From the NCBI GenBank assembly GCA_000165425.1, contig CT868000.1:178173-242172 (forward strand): a stretch of 64,000 bases of DNA, given 5' to 3'. Under the pieces are notes generated by a model that saw nothing but the letters and a program-made list of their open reading frames with translations, was not told the DNA's origin and searched no databases. The translations under genes were made by a program, and so were the position numbers. Positions 16,517 through 29,781 of this stretch are shown in pieces. Positions within the stretch are counted from its first letter, which is position 1; every line of letters begins with the position of its first letter. This DNA is from Paramecium tetraurelia (taxonomy: Eukaryota).

Positions 16517-18148
16517 ATGTTTAAATTGATCACATTTGTTATGAAAATACTTGTTCTGATTAAGCTATGTTAAGGGAGCATAATAAATACAAAACAAGTA
16601 ACTATTTATTCAAATACTGACATAATTATTGACTCTTTTGATGGAGTGCTTGTAGATTCCAATTTTACTTTTAATTAAGATTTTCAACTCTCAAATCCTT
16701 GTAGTACATTTCCATAAACGATTAATGTGACTCCGTATAGCAAAAACATCACACAAATAATAAATTAGGCTTTTGAGGACAATTTTGTGGATGGACATCA
16801 AAAGAGTTCAACACCTAAATTAATCGGAATTGGGAAGGTGGGATTAGGAATAATAGTGTTGAGTTAATAAGGTGTTTTAATATTTTATACTTAAGAAAAT
16901 AACAAGTATGATATAAGATCATTATAGCAGTACTAAGAATTGAATGGAATTGAAAAAGCATTTATAGAGTTTTTAGAAGACTAAATAGTGATTTTAAGTG
17001 ATAGAGATGCGTGGATTCTTAAACCTAATTTTAGTTAGCATAATATATTTGAAAATGCTCATTTAGACAATGTTCACATGTAAGTTGGTCTTGGTAATAT
17101 TCATAAATTGCATACAATATAAAACTATTTGTTTCTGACCTTTCTTAATTAGGGATTCGGAATTTATAGACTGGAAAATGCTCAATTATAGATTCTCCAA
17201 AAAGTAGAACTCAAGTCTATTATTGATTCTTTGGTAGTTGTAAAAGAGGATAAAATAAATGTGTTAATTTTAGATCGTGAAGTTGGTATTCATTTTTATG
17301 TGTACAACAAAATCATTAATGAGATGCACAAAAATTAGATCATAAATACATTTAAGATCAAATGCAGTTTCTTTGAGTACGTGCAATCTAATTTGTTTAT
17401 ACTGACAACTCAAGACAATCCAAATTTGAATACCTTATCAATATATACTCTCGACTTTTAAAACCCTACTTTAAATCTCAAATATTCTAAGCTAATAGAA
17501 GGAGAAGTGTAAGGCATTGAAATAATTACAGATCACTTCATCCTTTATAATCGAAGCTAAATAACAGTGTTTTATGGTAATTTAGGAGAAATTATCAAAC
17601 TTGATAGCACAAATTTCTTGATACCTGGGACTAGGTAATTGATTTTCAGAAAAAATGAATAAAAATAAAATCAAATTGTAGGTATTACAAATAATGAGTT
17701 TTTTGCACTTGATGTTTCTATCTCAAAAATTCGTCTTGTATGTTATGTTACTCAAGATTATCCAGATGAATTTTCATTCAATTATGAATTATCAACTGTT
17801 TTACCTACAGAGAATAACTCAATAAAGTATGATATTTTTGTCATTTTCCCATTAAAGAGATAGCAAAAAATGAATTGGATTCTTACGGTTATTTTTATTA
17901 TTTTTTGTCTCAGCATAAGCATCTTAATTGTTTTGTTGTTGAATTGGCACAAATACTCAAAAATTAAGAATCAAACAGGTGGTCAATTTTAAGAATTCGG
18001 AATAGATACTCTAAAAACAACTAAAAGAGTAGAACCATAGATGAGAGGACATGAGGAAACGGATAAAAATGTGCAATGTTGTGATGTCATTTAGACTTGT
18101 CTTCCAGCTAGTCGACACCCTATTATCCAGAATGAACATTAACACTGA
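16517..18148 (+). CDS. Type I single-pass membrane protein of unknown function (543 aa)
   Basis: Signal-peptide-like MFKLITFVMKILVLIKLCQG, beta-rich ectodomain, TM segment WILTVIFIIFCLSISILIVLLL (~17876-17940), TGA 18146-18148. Confidence 0.75.
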
Positions 18149-18180
18149 ATTAAATTATTTATAAATAATATTTTAATTCC

Positions 18181-20108
18181 ATGAAGAAAAATGAAATTGA
18201 ATTTCAGGATAGTTCTATTTCCATTAAGAGACAGCCACTTTTAAATAGGAAACAAAGTTAGGACAGGAAAGATGGTCTTGGAAAGTCATCTTATCGCGAT
18301 GATCCCTTAGGCTAATTAAAAAAATCTATTCTTGAAGCTAGTGCGCATTAATAGTTTGATCAACATGTATTAATTTGAATATAGTAAGCCATCTCTTTAA
18401 GAATTATATGATTCCTTAGCCTTAATGAGTCTCGAATAAAAATGCCATCAGCTTTTAAAATCGGTCTAAGAATAAGAAGTCTAGGAAATTCTAGCCATCT
18501 TAGATCATTTTAATACAATTTCACCTCGGCCAAAACTCAAAAATATATATGACTAAAAATAATAGACTATTCTTCATATATCATGCTTTAAAAACTTACC
18601 AACTGCTGTTGAAAGGATCTTAATGTATGAGAAGGCTAATTCAACAATTGAGGAATTCAATAACTGGATAAATTTAAAAAATAAGGATTCCTTCGCATCA
18701 GTTCATTTTGCTGCATATGCAGGATCAATAGAAACATTAGAAATTTTAAAAAAATATGGAGCAGATACTAAAGTTAAAAATTAATAGGGTCAAAATGCAC
18801 TATCCATTGCAGCATAAGGCGATCAAGTGTCTGCTATGGTTTGGCTATATTTGCAAGGGTTGTCCTATACTGAATAAGATGAAAAAGGGGGAACTCCTTT
18901 ACATTGGGCTACTTATTATGGAAGTGAGTTTGCAGTGCAATTTTTGCTGAGTTGGTTACAAAAAACCAAGGAGGGCAAAAAAATTATTAACTAGTAAGAT
19001 ACAGAAGGGATGACACCTTTACATTTAGCAGCAATGACAGGAAATTAAAGAATTGCTAAAAAACTTCTCTATAAAGGGAGCTAAAAAAGCCTTAGGGACA
19101 TTAAAAATTAAACTCCAGCCTAAACAGCGTTAGATAATGGATACGATATAATCTATAAAATTTTGGAAACAAATAATTGTCTAATGGAATTTTTAAATAT
19201 CCGAGCAAGGTAAATGCTAAGTTCACTCTTATTAGTTATAAACCTGCCTCAATCAGTTGGAGTTAGATTTGTTCATTTTTTTTAATTTATTTCTATTGCA
19301 TGATTGGCTCCGTTATTTTTGTATATCCATTTTTTGATACTGATACTTGGTTATAGTATTTATCAATAGCATCATTTTTGATTGGACTAGTTTTTTATTT
19401 TTTGACCATGTACATAAGTCCAGGGTATGTTGAAAAAAATGATGATTCAAGAAAATTATTCTCACTTCTCACTTAATATGAGCCTTGGGAACTCTGTCCA
19501 GAATGCTAAATACATAAACCATTAAGATCTAGACATTGCGAATTTTGTTCAAGATGCGTCATTGTCTACGATCATCATTGTCCTTGGTTAAACAATTGTG
19601 TAAATATTTATATTTTTAATTAAGATAGGAGCTAAAAATTATCCCTATTTTATATGCTTTATTTTGACCATCTTTATAAACTTAATTCATCTAATTATAT
19701 TGAACGCAATATTTTTGATACATTATTATCCTGCTAACTTAAATAATCCTCATTATCCATGGTTCAATAATGTCACCAATTTAAAGGCACTCGATATCTC
19801 CAAAATATGCGTTCAATCCTCTATTTTAATTTTATGCATACTCTTTCTATTCCCCTTGGCATACTTGATCTATGTTTAAATGGATAATTTATTTAGAAAC
19901 ATAACTACTTTTGAAAAATATCGACAAGAAGAACAAACTAATGTTTAAGGATCAAAAGAAAAGAAGAGTCAGCAAAGTATCGAGTATATAATACCATTAT
20001 TTTAGATCTACTTCATCTATTAAATCATAAGTGTAACATAATATATCATGTTCAAATTGTATAGAAATGTGTTGTAACAATTCAAAAAATACTTCATTTC
20101 AAATTTGA
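18181..20108 (+). CDS. Ankyrin-repeat DHHC palmitoyltransferase (AKR1/ZDHHC17-like)
   Basis: Ankyrin motifs GGTPLHWA and [39 protein letters not shown] segments; several tiny introns. The first intron lacks its donor G (see findings). Confidence 0.92.
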
Positions 20109-20477
20109 CACATTAAATATTTATTATAATTTGAATTTTATTCTATTAAATTTTATATATCGAATTAATAAATTATATAGTTAAATTTTTGTAAATCATT
20201 GAAAAAAAGTGATATCTTATAAAGTTCATATTTTTTGACTTATCCTTTTAATAGCGTTTAAAAAATTATGATTTAAAGATTAAATTAATAATTAATTGGT
20301 TTCATTACTTTTTAGTGTTTTGAAAAAATAAAATCTAGAGTCATTTTAATAAAAAAAAAATAGATCTACTTTAATTTTTTATATTTATAATTATTTTAGA
20401 AGAAATTATGTATGAGATATTCCAAATTAGAAGCTATTATGTAAAGTATTCATTATACAAAATTTACAATAAAAATA

Positions 20478-21283
20478 TCAATCGTACCAGTTATTTATGC
20501 TTTTGCCATTTGGATTTGATTTCTAATTAACATTATGCATCATTTAATTATATTTTTCTCTCCCTGTGTCCAGAATATCTTATTTTTGCAAATATTTGTA
20601 AAATATTGGTCTTTTAAAATTAATTTCTTATTCTGTTAATTCTTCCTAAGAGAGAGCAAACTCTTTTATTTGAACAGCAATCTTCTCATTAATTTTTGAT
20701 TCTTTCATAATGTCGAATTAATATAATTATAAGCCTTCTGCTGATAACTCAAGACTCTGTACATCTTTATCAAAGCCTTAATGTTCAAAGTTTTTAAAAG
20801 GTATTGAATAAGTATTCCACATTTAAGATTAATCAACAATGTATGCCTAAGGATGAAATTTATTTATACATAAGCGTGATGTTATCCAAAATCATATGAT
20901 GAGTTAACTCCTATTCTTATTTTATAGATTTAACCATCTGTTCTCATTTTAAAGAGGATTTTTGTAAATTTGGCGATATTGACTGATTTCGAATATTTAT
21001 ATTCAATTCCAACATAAGGTAATGATTCTAATTACTTTTTCTTATCAATTTGGATTTACCCCAAGAATGTAACTAAAATGTAAGAATTATATGTACCAGC
21101 TTCGTCTTCTTCCTTAAAGACAACAACACCTTTACTATCACCTCCTATGAGTTAATCTGTAAAAACATTAAATTTCTACTCATTTCCTTTTTCACAAAAA
21201 GTGTCCATAACAACAACAGGTGAACTTTTTAGATGGAGTGTGTATGGAGTAGCTAATTATTTTACTTTTTAGAATATTTTCAT
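20478..21283 (-). CDS. CIA30/NDUFAF1-like complex I assembly protein
   Basis: FNVFTDQLIGGDSKG...TFLGQI...KMRTDGQIYKI...WNTYSIPFKNF matches the CIA30 motif order. One 23-nt intron restores the frame. Confidence 0.65.
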
Positions 21284-21316
21284 GTATTTATTTATTATAA
21301 TTGAAATATTACAAAG

Positions 21317-21834
21317 TCATCCAAAAAAAACTTATGATCTATTTCTATATGTTTCAGAAGGTGGTTATAATGGAGGTAAATTATAGTGCCCACTTCCTTC
21401 ATTTAAGATGAATTTGCCAATTAGTTTAGCTGAGCTTTCTGTAACTCTTGGTGAAGTCAAGGGAAATAAAGCTTGCTAACTTTAATATCTCTATTAATAT
21501 TTCATTGGTATTGAAGTCTGTTTGCTCAGTTCTAAAGGCGTGAAGATTTTACTATCCTTAAAGATGTCATAAATGATATACCTCTGGTTTCTTAAATCTT
21601 TGATAAGAAACATTTGAAATAGTTGATAGATTGTTCATGGTAGTAATCTTATCGGTATTTTTGATGCAATCTTGTTTGTCATACCATTGATATTGTTCAG
21701 TGTGAGTTATTTGATTCTTATGATCTATCAGGTTGAATAATAATATAATTACTTTAAAGTGTTCTAATATAGGTTTTCTTCTATCCATCATATAGAACTT
21801 ATCTATATAGTGGATTGGCTTCTGGATTGAGCAT
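21317..21834 (-). CDS. Hypothetical protein
   Basis: ATG 21834, two tiny GT..AG introns, TGA at 21317-21319. Confidence 0.6.
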
Positions 21835-21891
21835 GAGATATAATAAATAATAAATATATTAATATTAAGTTATATATTTTTAATATCACAT

Positions 21892-22804
21892 TCACACTCC
21901 ATTTTAAATTAGACTCTTTAGACTTAACTCAACCTTCATTTTAGGTCGATTTGAATCTAATACTATTTCAATATTAGATACCTTATTTGATAAGAACTCT
22001 TTAGGTTGGACACCTACTAAGATCGACTATCACATGAGATTGATTTTAATTATGGGTTTCCTTAACCTTAACTTAAATCAATTTATTTTAAGATCTGTCA
22101 GTCCTTAAAGTTCTTTGATTGATAGTTGATATATTATTCTCTTTCGCCTGTCTGAAGGGGGATGCAGAGGGAGTAGTCCTTTAAGTGGTTCTGGGAGTAA
22201 GTTTTGATGCAATTGCATTCTTAATAAAAGGGGATTTGCTTCTTTGTTAATTGCTAGGCTAATTGTTCTATGGTCTTTGTAGAAATTATCTATATGGAGA
22301 TGTGCTTCTCTTGGGAGAGACATCTTTATTTTTGCTTGGTTAAGGTTAGTTTTGACTAGGCTAATTGATTTTGTGCTGTGGCTGAGTTTTATTAATTTAA
22401 TAGTTTAAAGTTTCCGAGGTTTGTTTGGAAGTAATGCTGTGTTAACTATTAGTATTGGTGGATAGTTTTTGGGATTAGTCATCTTGTTACAGGTACTTGA
22501 AGATGGAATGCATATGGTTTATTTGCAGAATCACATCATTGTCTTAAACTATAGGTAATTCTTCGATTTCATATTGTTTTAGAGTCATCTTAATGGAATC
22601 AGGTACTGAGTATTGTTGAATAATTTTGCTATCAGGGATTTCCAAGGATCTGTTAGTGTCTGATTAAATAGTTTGGAATAACTCTTGGCATTCTGTAGTG
22701 GATGCTGATTCCTTACTAGTAGATTTATATCTATGGAGTAATTCTTGAACAGAGAAACAAACTGGTTTTTAAGTTGGTTTAATTGCATTATCAAAGGTTT
22801 TCAT
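21892..22804 (-). CDS. Hypothetical low-complexity (Q/S/P-rich) protein
   Basis: Long open frame from ATG 22804, one 25-nt intron near 21957-21981, ending ELSLKSLIQNGV*. Confidence 0.65.
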
Positions 22805-22987
22805 TTAGCAGTTAAACAAAATTTATTAATAAATTATCTTTACTATTGATAAAATGATTATGTTTACTAATCATAGAGGATTTTTTGAAGAAAGTCAAGT
22901 GCATTTATTATTAAAGAGAGAAAAGGTTCTGATTAAAAAGACATAATAATTAGAAAATTGAAATATATATTATAATATATTCAAAAA

Positions 22988-23518
22988 ATGCAAAAGAGCA
23001 GCTTTGTTGAGTCTTAATCCTTTTTCTATAAATACATGTAACAAGCTATGAAGAATAAAAAGAAGGCTAATAATTAAGATGCAGCTGCAGTGAGATGTTA
23101 GAGATGTTTAAAATATGGTCATTTGACTTATGAATGCAAAAACGAAAATGTGTATTTGTATAGACCCTCAAGAAAAATGCAGTTTAAGTAAGAAATATAA
23201 TCTATAATGATTTTAGAGAGAAATAATTACAATATGAATTAAATAATGTAAAGCCTCCTGAGGTTCCTGATGCATTTGATGGAGATTGAAAGAGAAACAC
23301 AAAAAAGAAGGTACCTTTGGAGGTATTTTCAGATTCAAGTAGTGATGAATAAGTGCAGTTAAAAGAAAGAGGGAACCGCAATCAATGTAAAGAAATAAAA
23401 GAATTCATTATCTTCTGAGAGCAGTAGTGAGAACTCTAGTAGCAGTGATAGCGACTCATCTGCTCCATATTATAAAAGGAGTAAAAGTAGATCTAAGGAT
23501 AAAAGAAAAAAAAAATGA
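22988..23518 (+). pseudogene. ZCCHC10-like zinc-knuckle gene with a premature TGA and a +1 frameshift
   Basis: [26 protein letters not shown]; intron 23188-23216; in-frame TGA 23287-23289; the Ser/Lys-rich tail is in the +1 frame after ~23362. Confidence 0.75.
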
Positions 23519-23547
23519 ATTTTATACATTTAAATAATTATCAATTA

Positions 23548-25110
23548 ATGAGTAGTAAGAAAAAGAATATTTCCAAGAATGATGATGGTTATGATGAAGT
23601 GGGATATTTCTGTGGATGGATTAAAAAAAAGAATTCTAAAAATGTCAATATCGAATAGAGCAGACTGTCGGTAAATAAACAGACAAGAAACTCATTATAT
23701 AAATCTGTACTAGACACCAGCAACCATAATTGCTCCTCATAATTGAACTAATTAAATTCGACTAACACTGAGACACAAAGGTAAATTAGTGATGCCTCGC
23801 CATTTGTAAGCAATTTTGTGGTCCCTAGTTTTGAGAATAATTATCCATAAAATTAGCTATTCTAACTTAAGAATAATTAAAATGGGGACACCATTTTTGC
23901 TAAAATCACATCAACAAAAATCGAAGTGTCCAAGTCTATGCTTATCAACGAAGATGTCTACAATAGTCAAAGAATTTCAGATTAAATCTCAAAATATATT
24001 GCCACTCGAATTAAAGACTAGATTAATTCATTAGCAGAATTAGGATGTGGAGATGGAGGAAACACTGTTCAAGTATGATATGAAATAAATAAAAGTTTGC
24101 CAATTATTTAGACTTTGTTATTGCAATTGATAAATCCACTGAAGCATGTTTGAAAACTAGAAAAAACTGTGATAAAGGCAATTAAAATCAAGATTTCCCT
24201 AATCCAAAAGTAGAAATCATAAATTCGGATATCTTTAAATTAAAACGGCGTTTGCCCTTTGATAGTATTTTCATTAATCCTACAATCAATTCAGAATCTG
24301 CCTTTATTTGTAGAGATTTATTAAAAGATTGTCAACCTAATTTGTAACAACTCTTAATGACGATTTCAGATCAAATTGAAAACTTAATTATCCAATTTCC
24401 TGCTCAAATCGATTATTCGCAATTACCTCTCCTATTAAATATAAATCAATAATATTAAAATAACACTTAACATAAATATTAATCACTAGTAACATAACAA
24501 AAATAATAATCATTTATTGCTCATTGTTCTTTAGAAATTGAAAAAATTTATGTTAATGGAGTGCACGTACAAAACATTATTTATTATGGCAAAATTGCCA
24601 ATATTTCCAGAGAGGAATTACGATCAATCTTAACTACACAATTATAAAATTAAGAAGTTAAACCAGAAGCAATTTAGAATGTTATTACTAAATTGAAAGA
24701 TAAAATAGGTATGTAATCCAATTTTAATTAAGTTTAGGAAGCTTAGAAGTTGTTTATGAATTACTTCAAGCCTAAAGTTTTAAGTACAATATAGATAAAT
24801 TTTTAGAAGTAGTTTGTGATAAGTATAAATTAGACTATTGTGATTACGGGTTTATTCTTTATCAAAAGTTATCAAAGTAATATATTGAGAATAATCAATA
24901 ATTAGGGAATTTTCATAGAATACATTTAATTATCAATATAAATTAAGAGATTCGCATAATGAATTACAATAATCTGAATGCGCATATAGTCCCAAGTTCT
25001 CTTATAATTTGAATGGATTGCAAATAGATGACTCTGATTCTTTAGAAGAGAATGAGGATATTGAAGCACTGGGTTTAAGTTAGGATAATAAGTAAAATAA
25101 ATTGAAATGA
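23548..25110 (+). CDS. TGS1-like SAM-dependent methyltransferase (divergent RNA cap trimethylguanosine synthase family)
   Basis: AELGCGDGGNTVQFA...VIAIDK...FDSIFINP...IIQFPAQID...LEIEKIYVNG...YYG parallels TGS1. Three introns (23, 29, 29 nt) restore the frame. Confidence 0.75.
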
Positions 25111-25132
25111 TTTCATTTAATATATTTCTTAA

Positions 25133-27586
25133 TCAAAACTTGTAGTTACTCTATTCTAACTGGTTTTATGATGTAATCCTTCATTCCACTTTCTAATGCT
25201 TTGCTTAAATTATCTTCTGTATCGTATGCCGAACACATAATGATATTTAATTTGTTATCAATTTATAGTAATTAGGTTGATGTTTGATATCCATTTAACA
25301 CTGGCATTTCAATATCCATAAAGATTATTTTGTATTATGCTTTCTATTAGAGATTCCGTTTCTTAATTTAATTTATAGCCTGATAGCCATCATAAACAGT
25401 GTCACTTTCATAACCAAGGTTTTTAATCAGTAACTTCAAAGAAATCAGATTAAAAACTACATCATCGCAAATTAGTATCTACGACATTGCTTCACTTTAA
25501 ATCAGTCTATTAGAGAAGAAGGTTTGAGTCAAAAAAGGAACCTGGTGTTGCTCCTATTAGTTATTTTCAATATCAAATTATTCTGACGAAATGATGTGGT
25601 CGATTTTAATGGAAGAAATCTTTGGTCCTAAGGAATAAGAAGTTATTTAGTTAAAAATTCTGAAACTCACTTTTGTAAACTACCCTTCCTTGCTTCTGAT
25701 CTTGAAATATGATTTTTTAGAATAAGCCAATTCATTGCTCATCCTACTTCCTATTGTGAATCCCAATCCTACATATTTGGTTGTGAAGTTCTTTAACTAA
25801 TGATATACATCATCAGCGACAGAAGTATGGATAATATTATTAATGGCATCCAATTCTGATTTGGCTATTCCTCTACCTGTATCATGGACTATAAATTTGA
25901 TAAAATTATCTTTGATTATTCCTGAGCTTTTTTGTTTACTTTTAGCTGTAATACAAATTGCATCATTTTCTCTGGTAAATTTGAGAGAATTATTAATTAA
26001 ATTAACTAAGAGCTACAATATCCTTTCAGGATCATTGTATATTATAATATTTTCAAGAGAGTCAAAAATTGAAAAGATCAGTTTTATTCCTTTTGTTGAA
26101 CAGATTTCCAAATAGTATTCTTCCAATTATTTGAATACATCTTAAATAAGGAAATCACAGATATTTATTTGAAATGTTCCAAGACCGAATGAAGCATAAT
26201 CTAAAATATCATTGATTTGATGCATCAGTAATTTATTTGAAACTATGGCAGGATTTAAATAGTTTTTTATAAGTTGACTAGAAATGGATTAAGTTTTCAA
26301 TGCTTGTAGTAAGGTTAAGGAGCAATTGAGCGGTGTTCTCAATTCATGAGAGAATGAATTAAAATGTAAAGTCTAGAACTTTTGTTTTTGAATATATTGT
26401 TATAGTCTTTCGTTTTCAGTCACATCCTAGACTAAAATCAAATATCCGCCTTGATTTAATATATTAGCAATTTTACAAAATTACAACTCAATAATCTTTT
26501 CTATGTTATTGGTTGTAAGATTGACTTTCAATTTGTCGGCTTTAATGAAAGTTCTTTGATCTAAACTATAATAGTATACAAAAGGTACGGATTAATTATT
26601 TGGGAATCAGCAAATAAGGATAGGAGTAGCTGTCTAAATTCAGAAATAGTGAATTAGCTCTTTTTTTATTTATTTGATAAAAATTAAGAGTCCAGTCTTT
26701 TTTCACTCTTGGATTAGAATCGTTTGAGATTTTATTCAGCAGAGGCAATTAAACTTTCTATCATTTTGCTATCAGCCTTTTGTAAGAGATGCTTCTATGA
26801 GGCTCTGGTCTTGATTTCTTTTTGTTAACTGTTCAAATTTTAATCCTATTCAATTCCTCTATTAATTTAGTACTAAATTTACTGTATAATTATTTTCTGC
26901 AATTAAAACATGGCCAATTCTTATGATTACGTCTACAATAATTTCTGAGCCTTCTCATTCAAGTATTAGATGTCAAGGTTCTATCCAAAGTAGATGATAC
27001 CTTGCCGAATATGGTTGAGGATGTAGATTAATTCATCTTTAGTAATTAAATCTATTTTCCTATTAGATGATGTATTTACTGCAGGAATAGTAGAATATGA
27101 ATGGAATACTTCGTTGGAGTTTTGGTGTTTATGGAGTAATTATTAAGAATTCAGAGATGTTTTTATAACTATGATGATAATAAAAATTAATGTTGTGATG
27201 GTGTATTAATGAATTAAAGTGTTTTGGAATTGTATTTCAATCATACAATATAAGTAAGTTATGTATTAGAGATACTTCAGCTACTGGTTTTGGTGTTCGT
27301 AATACAATAATAGTAGGTATTTATAAAGGTTAAATGGATTTAGAGATGTGAAGGTTTGTCTGATTTCAAAAGCCATTTGCATTTGATACAGGAGTTGGAG
27401 CAAGATAGTGAGTAAGGATAGCTTTACTTTTTTATAAATTGCAAATGATAAGAGAATGCTCGATAAAGCTATAAAGCATCTTATTCCTGACAATATGTAG
27501 TTGACATCCGAGAGTGGATTCAAAAGGTTTAAAGTAGCATCTGTTCCAATAACCAGATTTATAGATAAGGCAATCCAAATATTCAT
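25133..27586 (-). CDS. Membrane hybrid histidine kinase (TM-PAS-like-HisKA-HATPase-REC), 817 aa
   Basis: H-box FSHELRTPLN, N-box QLLVNLINNSLKFT, G1 VHDTGRGI, receiver ILICDD...FMDIEMP...KP. Length divisible by 3 without introns. Confidence 0.93.
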
Positions 27587-27629
27587 GAATTTTTTAATAC
27601 GGAAAATATATCACATTAATTAATTAACA

Positions 27630-28199
27630 ATGGAAACAAAAACATGGATTTTAATATTGAGATGGGTCAATATTGTAGCTGCGTAAAAAGTAGTATTACT
27701 AAATTAGAGTAGTAATCGGAGCCATGGGAATCTATCAATTAGTTACATTTTAGATGTTTTCCGATTTCCATTTCTATGAAATCTGGAGTATATTCACACC
27801 AATCTATTCATTGTAAACTATTTCACCGAATAATCTAGGATCTTTTGTGGTCTCTTATTGGCAATCGAATTTAAGAAAGATTTCATAGCAGAGTAATTTC
27901 AATTCATGATGACTTGTTTTGGAAGAGGAATTTTTTACATATTGTATATTTTACAATATTATACAAAATAGTTTAGGATCAGTGGTATCGTATTCACCAA
28001 CAGGATCGTCATCATAATAAGTGTAAATTATCACATAGAATATAGAGCTGGGTGGATTTGGGGATTGACTTTGTGGTTAGTGGGAATATTTTATGTGGTT
28101 ATTCATTTTGTTGGACCAAAGAGTGCGACTGCGGGATTAAGAGATGTATTAGTGTTCCTTTGATTTTAGGCTGTAAGTGCAGAATATGGAACTGCTTGA
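27630..28199 (+). CDS. COPI-associated/TVP15-like small multi-pass Golgi membrane protein
   Basis: LLLAIEF...FQFMMTCFGRGIFYIFLG motif; five tiny introns; TGA 28197-28199. Confidence 0.75.
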
Positions 28200-28331
28200 A
28201 CAATATTAAGGATATCTATATATATGTGGGGGGCAGAGGTTTATATTTATGTAAACTCTCTTGAAAAGTTATTCATAATTGTGGGTAAATCAGATAAAAT
28301 ATGGATTCAGACAGTATTCTACTTATTATAT

Positions 28332-29523
28332 ATGCTATGTGTGTCAATACGCAGCAAAACAAATAGCAGACATCAATATTATGCTACTAAGCCTTTGCAA
28401 TATTAGAAATTTTATGAGATGAAAAAAAAATATGATTTCAAGAATGATGATTTGACATTCCCCATCAATATACCACTTAAACAAAGGTACTCGCAAACAA
28501 AATTATATCAAGATATGCATATCGACCATAAAGACAATTCAATAAAGCCACCCCATAAAATGATTATCTTAATACAGAAGTTATGAGTGGCAATGAAATC
28601 CTCTTATACTTTGAATAATTAGACAACTTGAGAATCAATGAGATCTTGAATGGTCTTGAGAGATTGCATAAATACAATAAAGGATGTATGACTAAGTTCA
28701 TGATTAGAATTCAATCTTGCTGAACATCCTTGGGTTAAAGCTGCCTTAGACAAAGTATTTGAAGAACACAATCATCTTACCAAAATTCAATTTATACAAT
28801 TACTCAATATCTACAGTAATTATGGCATTGAAACACCAGAGGTTTGGGCAAAGTTTTAAGAAAGAATGATTAAGTAATGTGTGAATCATATTTCAAAGAC
28901 TATTACCCAATATTCCAGCTAAATTGTTTGGTGAATGTGTTAGACTATTCATGGAAAAGTCAGAAAGATCAACTGATGAATTCAAAAAAGAATTGAGTCT
29001 TGTTATCCCTGTTCATTTAACTAAAATGTCTCCATAGGCAATTGCAACAGCATTCGAAATGGTTTACAAACACAATCTGATGACTGAATACTTATTCTTT
29101 GATCATTTACACTTAATTTTGAGAAACAGATTCAAATGGTTCATAAAGGGAAAAGCTTGTCCACTCATGTTGAGACTCCTAAGAGAAGCTAACTTTGAAG
29201 TATTTATTACACATTATTAATAGACATGTGAATTTTTATGGCCTGAAGTGTACAAACAACTTGAGGCAGAATTAGATAGAATTCCAAATGATTAATGTGC
29301 ACCAATCAGAAATGAGCTAGTCAAAATTGGTGAGGCATTTCCCAGTCATTCACAATATAATAATATTATTATAGCCAAAAAGATAGGTGCTAGAGCTACT
29401 TGGGAAGCGACACTTGGAGGATAAGCTAGAAAATTAAGTTTAGTGGAAATTGTTAAAAATGATATCCTATATTACAAGGAGAAATAGAAGCTATAGAGAA
29501 GTCAAAGCTAACAGAGTCCTTGA
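28332..29523 (+). CDS. Probable mitochondrial alpha-helical-repeat protein
   Basis: Short basic N-terminus MLCVSIRSK, helical-repeat-like body, four tiny introns, TGA 29521-29523. The gene is clear; the product is inferred. Confidence 0.6.
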
Positions 29524-29781
29524 TATATAATTATGAAATTGTAAAATATACAATTATTTACAAAAACTAAAATATTTATTTAATTGTACTTAATTATAAA
29601 ATGTGTATTATCATTTTAAAAAATACTGAATTATAAAGAAACTATTATGCTCTTTCAAATAATTAAGTTATTTTTACTAAATAGAACTAAAAATTCCATT
29701 GATTAAACTTTATTTACACTATTCAAATAAAACGAGAAATGATTAATCACCATAAATTAACTTAAAATCTTTTAAGTATTA

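Noticed and set aside
20911..20934. 24-nt GT..AG segment resembling an intron in the CIA30-like gene
   Set aside because: It reads through in frame as DGQIYKIRIG, matching the family's DG-x-x-Y motif, so it is coding.
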